Below, piece by piece: positions 53,803 through 64,000 of a stretch of 64,000 nt of DNA. The notes below the pieces were generated by a model that saw only the letters and a list, made by a program, of their open reading frames with translations, was not told the origin of the DNA and made no database searches. Each line of letters starts with the position of its first letter. The first letter of the stretch is position 1. Origin of the DNA: Selaginella moellendorffii (lineage: Eukaryota; Plantae; Lycopodiophyta); assembly GCF_000143415.4 (NCBI RefSeq), contig NW_003314312.1:1107510-1171509 (forward strand), in the 5' to 3' direction. The position numbers were made by a program, and so were the translations under genes.

Positions 53803-56800
53803 CATGGAGGTGCCGCTGGTGGGAAGCGAGGCGACGCGATGGACGAATGTCGGTGTTCCGGGGCCGAGATTACCACCGGCGGTATCGTGCTGCTGCCCTG
53901 CGCCGATCAATGCCGCTGGCGCCGCGCTCGTTCCCAGCGCGACCAGCAAAGCGCGGGATTGCTTCATCATCTGGTAAGAGAGTGTGGGATCTCCTTCTCC
54001 TTCTTCTTGAGGCTGCATTCGCTGTTTCTGCTAGGCGCATTCATCAATCCTCGCCCTCGGCAATGGAGATCGTGCAGTTCTCGCCCCAGCAAGATTTCCC
54101 GGGCTATGGCCTACGGCTTTTGTTTAGCGAAGCTTTGTGTCCTTTCGCTGGAATATTTCCCATCGAGGCAAGTTTCCAAAGGGAATTCTCTCGTTCTTCT
54201 CAGGAGCTAAGAACTACTCTCTTACAGGTTAACAATGGCCAGGGCCTCAACTTCACTATCACCATTGTGGCTGCGTCGGGTATCGTGTACGTCGTCAAGC
54301 TTCCAGTGGCGATGGAGCTGTGGAGCAATTTCGTTCTATCAAACTCCACTTTGATGGTTCGGGATCTTTCCAGCGAATTCACCAGGCTTCATGAAGTCAC
54401 CTCCTTTACAGCCGCGAGAAACATCCTGTTCGTTGGGGGGCGAAATGGCTCTGTGCTTTGCTTCTCTCTTTTCACCGATCTCGCGCAAGGTACGATGTTT
54501 TGTGACCAACGGAAGCTAACGCTCTGTGATGTAGATATTTGTTACGAACTCAAAGGTGGTGATGCTGGAATTGGACGTCTTTGGGGACTGGTTTCCAGGT
54601 AGAGTTTGTTTTCTGAGGCTTTTGACACTGGCTGATTAGCGAGTTTCCAGAAACAAGTCTGCGGCATCAGTTAAAAGTCTGGCAGTTCAAGAAATTCACA
54701 ACAAACATGTGCTTCTTGTGCTTCATGAGGACGGGACCTTGCAAGCTTGGGATCCCCTTCAACACTTTCGACTGTTTAGTCACAATATCTGCCCATCTCC
54801 GGAGTTGACAGGCAATGGTTTAACGTTTATGCTTACTGGTCTTAGAGCTAAGCATTCTCTCAGGTTCATCTGCATCACAGATGTGGACGGAAGACGGCGT
54901 GTTTGCAGCGTCTAAGCAGCTAGCTGTCCTGTTTACTGAAGCTTCGCTGGTATTGTTTTCTGTGCATCGTAAACTTAACATTCTTTTCTATGTTCTTTGC
55001 ATAGACAAAGACAAGGAGCACCATATGCATTTACACCATGGACCCGCAGCCGTCCAGTGGGCTTCAGCTGGGAATGCCTACATTGCAGCAAGTTATCCCC
55101 GTCGAGCAGGTACTTAGATCCCAGCGCATAGTATATAGCTAATTGCTTCTTTTAGGGAGTTGTTGTAGATGTGATGCTGGTGCAAGGAAGCTTATGGATC
55201 CTTACTCACAATACAGTGGACTCTGATCTTATGCATTTAAAGCTTCAACTGTACGCCGATTTTGTTTTTATTTTTATTTTTTATTTTCTACTTTCTGGAC
55301 GTAGCTCACATAAATTGCAGGGGAGTGCTTCCGCAGCATTCTGTTTTGCAAGAAACGGAGCTAGATGAGCAACTCGTCATCGGCGACGGCGATAATCTCC
55401 CGTTCCTGCCAACTGTAACTTACATTCTAAAGCTTCTGGTTTATTTTTATTTAACAACGAGTTTCAGGAAGGAACCATAACGGAGATACTGATAAGAAGA
55501 CTTCTGCAGCCAGGATTTTTTCACCACGAGACAGCCCAGCAAGTTCTTCAAGGGCGTGGTGTCATTGTCAACGATTCTAGTTTACGAACTTCTGTGGAAG
55601 AGGACTGGCGGCGAGATATCTCTTTAGCGATCAAGGTGGGAAGAATTTGTGAGCGCTTTCAGCTTATCGTTTGTGTTACTTTGCAGATCACAGACGAGGC
55701 TAAACAATTTGAGCAAAGGAATAATTTTGTAACAGAGTACGCGAGGGCATGGAAGAAGAACCACAGTCCGTATGTTCTCCTGGCAGATGCAACCACTGGA
55801 TGCGTCGGCTTAGTGAGAAAGTCCTCCCTGTCTTTGATTCGCTCACAAAGCAGTGTCGAAAGAACAACATGGAGTAAGCGTGATAATTTTGATTGAGTTT
55901 CCATTTTAATCTCTTCCTGTAGGAAATGATAGTGAAGTTCTCAAGCGCTTTATGTCATGTGTGCACCTGGTTATTACTCACATTGGAGAACTCCCGCTGG
56001 CTGTATTCGATGAATCGCTTCTGCAACGCAAGGGTGCTTCTATTGACCAACTAGTAGCTACCTGCGTACACAATCTCGATGTCGGCTCTCAGCCGCGGCA
56101 GGATTTGAGCATCGGCGTGGATGGTTTACGTGAAAAGGAAAAGGTGCGGCACACAAAGCAAAGGCTGTTCAACTTCAAAATCTGCCAAGAGTTATTGGCT
56201 ATCAAGGACGTTGCTGGTAATTGGAGCAGTGTATTGGACAGCATTGCGAACTACGAGCGATGCCTTTTGTTCGGCTCCACACAAAAGTCTTGTGAAATTC
56301 CACCGATGGGAAACGCTTTCACAAAGTTGATTACGCAGGCAACCTCTCAGGTTTTATGGGCTCATTATCAGGAATGCCGCAACCTGGTTTTGCTTTTGAG
56401 CTATGTCATCAACATGAAATCACAGGCAAGTATAGAAGTGCTATTCCATTGACCGCATTGTTTATTTACCTATTCAAGCAGGTAAATCTTACTGGAAGCG
56501 AGGCATCAAGAATTCAGCTGCAAATCTTACCACGTCTTAAGAAAGCAATGCTTATCAACTTGCTGCTATACTGGTTAACAGTAACTCCTGGCGAAGCCCC
56601 AGATTCGGATGATTTTAACTCGCTATTGGCATCTCTAAGACTCGGTACGTGTTCATACACATATCGCTCTGCCTGACATATTTTATAGATGGTGCTGCCA
56701 ACACTGCCTGGAAAGGAGGTCTGGGATTTGGACAGTTTACTTTGGCAGAAATCCTGGGGGCATCGTTTTTTGAAGCAGCACCCGTGACCTTTCGCAATCA

Positions 56801-59421
56801 CAGTGGAGCTTTTGTGGAGAAAGGAGATCTGCTTGACTATGCAAGGGGTTTTATTACGTGGTTGTCGGTGGGCCAAGATAGTCGTCTGAACTTTCCGCGG
56901 AGAATAATAGACCTCTCGGTGATCCTCCTGAAACATGGGCAATACCGCGGTCTTGAGGTGCGCTTTTAAAACTTTTTTCCCTTTTTCGCAACCGAACATT
57001 CACGTTGCATGTCGTAAACCAGAGTCTGCTGAGCATTGTCGAAAGGCACTCGAACGAACAAACGTTCCTAGACGACGTGTTCGCTGCCGATGGTGAGTGC
57101 AGCGCCAGGCTGCATTTGCTAGGATTTTGTCGCTTGGCTCGTGCGTGCAGCGGGAATGGATCAAACAAATCACAGGAAATAAAAGACGCAGCTTCCTGCT
57201 TTTTCAGGTATGTCTCAGGTGTCTTTCCAGTATCCCGTATCCTGGTATTTATTGTGGCGTTACAGGGCTGCAGCTACACTGGGAGATTCCGATGAGAGGT
57301 TTCATTCGCTTTTTCGAGGAAAGAGTTTGTTGCCTGAATCAACTGCTGCAGCCTGGAAGCTTCAGTACTTTGAATGGGTGATGCAAATTTTTGAGCAGCA
57401 CAACCTCAGTGAAGGCGCGAGTCAATTTGCTTTGGCAGCACTTGATCAGGTTGATCAGGCTGGAAGCGACAGGAACACCATTGGGACAAAGGGACGGCTG
57501 TGGGCCAACGTTTTTAAGTTCTCGATGGATCTGGAACTGTATGGTGAAGCATATACTGCAATCGTCTCTAATCCGGATGAGGAGGTGAAACTTACGTGCT
57601 TGCGGCGATTCGTGGTGGTCCTTTGCGAGCGTAAAGCTACGCAGGTACGTTTTACCTGGTGTAGAAGCAAGTTTCTTATTGTGTTGTGAAGCAGATTTTA
57701 TGTGGTGGAGACCTTCCGTATGCTGGTTTACTCGACACTGTTGAGCAGGAGTTGGCTTGGAAGGTGAGCATGAATTTTACGTTCGATATTTGTTTATTGT
57801 GCTTGCATTTACAGGCAGAATACTCTGACGTGAGCGCAAAACCAAACGTCTACAAGCTTCTGTATGCCTTTAGCCTTCATCATCACAACTACAGACGCGC
57901 AGCTGGGTACATGTATCGATATGCTGCGAGAATGAGGGACGAAGGTGTGTCCAAGTCTCGTCTTCAAGTTGCGGTTGCTTTTCAAGAGCAGGTGAACGGG
58001 CTTGCTGCGGCAATCAACACTCTCAGCCTTGTAAGTCCGTCCTCTGCGTGGATAGATTTGCAATTTACAATTGCTGATGAGAAGTCCAGCTCTTCTCCCT
58101 CAAAACGCCCTCGTTTGGCTGGTACGGGAGGTACGCATATAATGAACGGTGTTGGCGATGGAGTGACATGTTTTCGTTTTCCTTTTCAGTCGTGAACTAC
58201 GTTGCGGTTGTCAAAGAAGAGAACGTTGTCGATATTGAAGAACTGGACAAACAATACGTTCTTGCTGTTGCCAAGTTGGAGCTTGTACAGGCAAGCATCA
58301 AGCATCCGACAATAGGTACTTGTTGACTGCGTACGTTAAACTTGTTAAAGGTTTGATTGTCGCCAGGAGAGCTATCCCCTTCAGAGGTTGTTCATCTACT
58401 TGTTCAGTATGGTTTGTACGAGAGCGCATTCTCTACGCTGTTTAGACTGTGGAAAGGCTCTGTATTGAAAAGGTAAGGACCTGCGACTTTTGACTATGAC
58501 TTCGACTATAACACGAGTTCATTCTTTAGGGAGCTTGAGAAAACATTTGAGCTGATTGCGAGAAATTGTTGCAGCCAACAGACGAGCCTCAGGTTGTGAC
58601 ATTCCTCCTTTGTCATTTGCTCATCAGTTCTTTGCAGGCCACCGAATGGGAAGCTTTTGATGCTTACTGGTGTAGACAGCACAGATGGCGAGCTTCCTGC
58701 AGCTTCTAAAGGGGATTGGCAATCTTTGCAGCGGAATCTGGTAATTACTATTCACAATGAACAAACCTGAGAAATATGTTTCTACTTTAAATCAGGAGAA
58801 ATATCGACCGGTGCATCCTCGTCTTCCGGTTGTCGTTGCGGAGACAATTATTTCCGTGAACAAAAACATGGAGCTACCGCTTTGGCTTACTGACCTTTTA
58901 AAGGTAAGAAACACCACAAGGATTTAAGGTTTTTCTGTGCTTGACTTTGGCATTTATTGCAGGGAGGCAAGTCTGTAAATCCTTTCGGAATGGCAGGGCA
59001 GGATGGAGATCCCGCGGCCTTACTCAGGATTTACGTGGATAATGGACGCCTGGTAGAAGCTTCAACTTTGATCCTAGACTATCTCCGAGCATGGGCTAAC
59101 ATGGTACGCATTAATAGTTCGTCGTGCTCGCCGTTTCAAAATTCTCTACCTTCATCCAGAGACCGACTGACGTGATCAAGCGCAAGAAAGTGTCTGCGGC
59201 CTGGTTTCCATACGCACTGATCGATCGTCTCCAGCAATCGCTAGCGGAAGTTAGCGATCGGGACTCGCGGTGCAAAGAAATGAAAAGCTCCCTCCAGGCA
59301 GCTTTAAAGCGTCATCTTAGTCAGGTAATTCGTCCATCCATGGATCTTCTTCTGGTGATTTGATGGATTTTCTTTCTAGATGAAAGACGATTCAAACGAT
59401 ATCATCTCCTCGCAGGCTTAA
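53803..59421 (+). CDS. NUP160: Nuclear pore complex protein NUP160
   Basis: MEVPLVGSE..W, LLVLHEDGTLQAWD, WKLQYFEWVMQIFEQ..GRLWANVFKF..AY.AIVSNPDEE..CLRRFVVVLCE, KPNVYKLLYAF, AAWFPYALIDRL; many short introns. Confidence 0.94.
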
Positions 59422-59652
59422 ACTCTAGCACCATTGAAAAATCGAACACAATGTATCTATCAGCAAATTCTTGCAAATCCAGGCACCTTTAAGAGCTTAC
59501 TATGCGAGGCACTTTTAAAGGTAGGGCAAGCCATCATAGATAAAAGGCCAACTTCAAGCGTGAATAGCGTGAAAGAGATTTTATTTTTTATTTTAGGGTT
59601 GATGAGAAGGAGCCTTGGGTTGAGGGCTTTGGTAGAAGGCGAAGATCTGAGA

Positions 59653-60843
59653 ATGGCGGGGCGAGCTCGCAATCCCGTGCAGGGCTTTCTTCTCTGGCTC
59701 CGCCGCCAGCCGCCCAAGGTGAAGACGGCGCTGGGCTGCGTCGGCGCCATCGCGATGCTCGTGCTTCTTAGGTTTCTAGTCGTGGATCACGACAATCTCT
59801 TTGTTCTCGCGGAGGCGATCCATTCCGTCGGCATCATCGTGCTCATCTACAAGCTCCAGAAGGAAAGAACTTGCGCTGGTGAGTGAGCGACTCCAAAGAT
59901 TGATTTTTTTGTTCTTCCGGTCGAAAATTCCCCTTCGTGCTTTCGCCCCAGGCCTGTCGCTGAAATCGCAGGAGCTCACAGCCATTTTTCTCGCTGTGAG
60001 GCTCTACTGTAGCGTGGTAATGGAGTATGACATCCACACCCTTCTCGACACGGCAACTTTGGCCACCACGCTGTGGGTGATTTACATGCTGCGCTTCAAG
60101 CTCAAGTCGACTTACATGGAAGATCTCGACAACCTCCCGTCATACTACGTGGTTCGTCCTCTTGTCGTTACCATTCTCCTCGATTTTTTCCATTCTTTTG
60201 TTGGATTCCTTGTCTTGAGTTTCCTGGCTGTGTCCAGATCATACCGTGTGCCGCTCTTGCTTTTCTCATTCATCCTTCTACAGCGCATAACGTCGTCAAC
60301 AGAATCCTTTGGGCGTTTTGCGTCTACTTGGAGGCTGTCTCGGTGCTGCCTCAGCTGCGAGTTATGCAAAACACCAAGGTACACGCGTGGAAATCATCGT
60401 TGCTCTTTCTTGTCGTGGTTTCTTCTTGTTCTGTCATGACTTATTCGTTGTCTCTCCTTTGCCAGGTTGTAGAGCCCTTTACCGCGCATTATGTGTTTGC
60501 ACTTGGTGTGGCCAGGTTTTTGAGCTGTGCGCATTGGGTGCTCCAGGTAAAAACTTTGATTTTTCTTTTGTTTCTTCTCTTCAAAGTTTGAGCAAGAAGT
60601 TGTGTTACAGATTATAGATGGCCGGAGCTATTTGATCAATGCCTTGGGCTATGGATGGTGGCCTTCCATGGTTCTTCTTTCCGAGATCGTACAAACGTTC
60701 ATCTTGGCTGATTTTTGCTACTACTACGTCAAAAGGTCTCACTCAAAGCCCTCACTCTTTGATGAGTTTCTAATTTTCTTTGTCGTTCTCCCAGCGTTCT
60801 TGAGGGACAATCCATTGTGCGACTTCCTTCTGGAGTTGTCTGA
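59653..60843 (+). CDS. ER lumen protein-retaining receptor family, ERD2-related class with extra N-terminal TM
   Basis: WLRRQPPKVK, LIYKLQKERTCAGLSLKSQELTAIFLAVRLYCS, VYLEAVSVLPQL, QTFILADFCYYY, RLPSGVV*. Confidence 0.94.
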
Positions 60844-60945
60844 TCGCGAGTTTAAATTAACTGTTGTTTCAGAGACTGTATTTCTAACGCAAAAAAGAGA
60901 AACGCAGAGACTTTTTCGTGTAAGAAAAAACTTTTTTCTTTCCTC

Positions 60946-63217
60946 TCAAAATTGCTTTCCCAATTCAATCTTCTTCACCATGCGCATTGCACCATGCAGC
61001 ATTGAGTCAACAATCCCCGCCACCTAAATGAAAAAGCTCTCTCAAGTGAAACATAAACCAAACTTAAGACTTACAGTGAATACACCGCCGATGATCGCAC
61101 AGACATTGGTGATGAAATGTGAAAAGGATTTTGGGTTCTCCTTCACCAAAACCTGCGAAGCACGAAACCTAGATAGTTTAAAAGCAACTCTTGCATACCT
61201 GCATTGGAGAGAGTTCGTAATGGAACTTTGCAACTGGAACGTTCGTGTTTTGGATAGTGTTGCTGTGCGATGTATAGTCGTACTGCTCCAAGAGGCTAAA
61301 CTCCTTTCTCTTTCGAAGAGAGACAACTTCCGTTTTGACGACTTGCAAGTAATGATCATGCTAGAAAAAAAAAAAAAAAGTTTCTGTAAGTTACAGTAGA
61401 AATAAATGGAAGAGAGATCTCTTACCGTGATGTTCTCGTGTTGTGAGACGTATATCCTGCCAGTGAGATTAGCTTCCACTGTGTCGTAAACTGATGCTAG
61501 ATGAGGATATATGCGATAGAGCTCCCTTCGCATCCAAAAATTGAGCTCCCGCCCAAATGTGAACTGGCTAACGTAGTGAGTCATGTTCATTGCCGACGCA
61601 TCGAATGAATGTGACCCTGAGTGTGCCGAGATAATAATATTCCCTGGAACCTGGGAACCAGAAGAACCAAGTTTTAGCGTTAAGTGTAGATAGCAACGAC
61701 AACAACCTTCTTTGCTCTAATGAATCCCTCGATCCTACACCCTCCCGCACGCGGAGCTGGCCTCTTTACGGTCCCATTGGTTTTGTCCTCCAGAGCAAGA
61801 GTAGTCTCTTTAGGTACAAGCGCCTCCATGGCCTGATACACGATGATAAGCTCCTTGTAAGCTGTTTGATCCAAATCTGTTAGTTTACCTTGACAAGAGA
61901 ATCAGTGTCACGCTCGCCATAGTAAGAGTCGTGTTCGTGATGACCGTGCTCGTCCCTGAGCGTAAAATTGATACTTTGCGAAAAACCATTTACAAGCTTA
62001 CCCCCTGCACAAAGAGATTGATCATTAGAGTCGTCTCTACAACCAATATAGTAAAATCTTACTTCAGGTCGTGGCCCTTGTGAAAAATTCTTATCGATGG
62101 AAATCCTTGAATATGATGCCTGTAAGACCAGAAATCGATCACAATGCGAGGAAAGGAAAATACTTTACTTTCTGCAGAGATCATTGTTGTCAGTACAATC
62201 CACCTTTCCAAGTAGAATTCTTCCGGTATCGGGATGATACCTGGAAACAAAACATAAAAATAAAACCGCTGCCTGAATGACAAAACCTGACGACTTACTT
62301 TTCAGCAATAATTCCAGCCGCTTTATCCCAGGATGGTTTCTGGATGTACAAGCACAAGTCACAAAACAGAATTTTTTGCAAGCCCGGAGCTTACCAAACG
62401 AGCGCTCCAAATGCACCAAGGAGCATAGAAGTTGACGACCAAAACCGAATACCTGCAGGCAAACAATATTGCATGGGCCAAAACATAAGCCAAAAAAGCA
62501 ATGTCGCTACTTACCGGCGTGCATATTCATCAAAAGTGCTGCTCGTAAGGACGTGAGCGCCCTCTCCTTCGTGATCGTCGTCACCGTGACTTGTTGGATT
62601 GGGAATAGGACCGGGATGAAACTCAGGTCCGACAATCTTTAGATTTGGATCAATCGGGTACTTTCTCACTGTCTTGGTAAGATTATATCTATTCTGCAAA
62701 CCGGCCGTGAGCAGCGTTGCAATAGAAACCAGCAGGCTACTTACAGTTCCCAGTGCGTCGCTCACATCAACCGAAGCAAATTCGCAGGACAAAGCAGGAA
62801 AACTACAAAACCATTTCGAAGTTTATAGAACCCCAAAGGTAAGATCAAAGCAAAGGAGGAAAAACAAAGGGACTAGAAAGTACCTCATATTGAATTGTAT
62901 GCGCAAATATTCACCATCTTTGCTTCTATCCACCACAACGTTCGTTGTGCTCGACACAGTCAAGTAATTGTTTAGCTCCTACAAGAGAAGAAAATAATAA
63001 CTAGCTTTTCTCACGAAAAAAAAAGCAAGGCTTACCATTCCAAACAAGAAAATCATCGCAAAAGCAGCGATCAGCGACAGTCCAGCTCCAGAGAGCGATG
63101 CCTCGGTTAGATCTCTCGGAATTTTCCTGGCGCGCGTGTTAGAATCGCTCAAGACATGACAGGAGGGCCACAATACCTATAGAAATCGATCGATTTGATC
63201 TTGCTGGCGGTCGTCAT
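60946..63217 (-). CDS. PDIL5: PDIL5/PDI-C: Erv41/46 (ERGIC)-type protein with a thioredoxin domain
   Basis: KIKSIDFYRKIPRDLTEASLSGAGLS, FYAPWCIWS, GGCRIEGF, KSFSHFITNVCAIIGGVFTVAGI, KKIELGKQF*. Confidence 0.93.
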
Positions 63218-63491
63218 GGCTGGAATTCGCGCAATACCTAGTCACAAATCCATCGCCAGCGCTGGCACCTCGTTGTGATCGAAGAAATGGGCAGATCTAA
63301 GCGCACGCCTCGCCTCGGCGTCGCCGTAGTAGCTGCCCCGACTTCCCAAGACCTTGTAAGTGAATATTCTATTCCCTTTCCTATTTTGCCTCAGGAATAT
63401 GCCTCGTGCTTAAGACACTGCGTGGTGGTCTGGAGCTCGAATCCGGGGAGGGAGAACTAGGGTTTTCAGGGTTCCAGAGTGCGCGTGAACG

Positions 63492-64000
63492 ATGACGGAC
63501 TTGGATTCATGGGAGGAGATTGAATCGCCGGCAGGGTCACAGGCGCCAGCGGCATCACGGCTCAATCCATCGGCGCCTTCCTTCACATTCAATCCGTCGG
63601 CGCCATCTTTCATGCCCAGAGCTCCAGCGCCGCCGACACCAGCTCCAGCTCCACAGCCGGCGCATCAGCCTGGATTTGCGATCCCGGTCCGAATTCCAGT
63701 CCCTGAGCCAGAGGATTCGGCGGCGTTCGACCAGGCCAATGGAATGGAGGTGGATCCTCCCAAGGAAACAAAGAAGGAGGACCCTCTTCCGGGTGAGTGA
63801 TCGAATTTTCTTGGCATTTTCTCTTCTCACCTGGTCACCACTGTCAGAGGAAATTGTGGAGAAATTCGAAGCCACCAAGATCTCACCAGGTTTCTTTCCT
63901 CTTAGTTTCTTCTTTTTAGTGTTACTAATCGTGTATCCCAGATGTAGAAACTCGCGACGAGATGGATGCGGAACCAGCACCAAGCAAGGAAGATTTTCCC
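63492..64000 (+). CDS. 5' end of a twin-PAM2 protein, most likely eRF3/GSPT-like (runs off window)
   Basis: MTDLDSWEE..SRLNPSAPSFTFNPSAPSFMP, two overlapping PAM2-like motifs, then Pro/acidic linker; GTPase domain not visible. Confidence 0.6.

Noticed and set aside
1-64000. tRNA or rRNA genes
   Set aside because: None recognised by eye; only PBS motifs complementary to tRNA-Met; a tRNAscan-SE/Infernal run would be needed to exclude them

Overview
Eukaryotic plant nuclear DNA. Very high gene density, ~50-65 nt introns, many PLS-class PPR genes and teloboxes suggest a compact lycophyte genome such as Selaginella (inference). Conserved genes, in order: 3' part of a tonoplast sugar transporter, a decayed USP-domain kinase, a Cdc24-type OB-fold gene, an atypical E2F (DEL), a molybdate transporter, four intact PPR genes (one DYW), SUF4/ZNF207, an EBF-type F-box, an RLK with a huge activation-loop insert, an SR-cyclophilin, a single-pass membrane protein, NUP160, an ERD2-related receptor, PDIL5/PDI-C and a twin-PAM2 (eRF3-like) gene start. 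A ~9 kb nest of dead Ty1/copia elements lies at 7.5-16.1 kb. An inverted segmental duplication (arms ~18.7-21.1 kb and ~29.3-33.1 kb) carries two AT-rich intronless GDSL genes and shows reciprocal PPR decay. The most unusual items are accessory genes: a Fic-like ORF with His replaced by Arg bracketed by 13-bp direct repeats, an atypical kinase flanked by three copies of an unnamed ~65-aa domain, a BTB/NPH3-ubiquitin-like fusion, and an AT-rich secreted protein joining an unknown domain to a bulb-type lectin. Exon boundaries were read by eye and family assignments come from motif recognition, not database searches.
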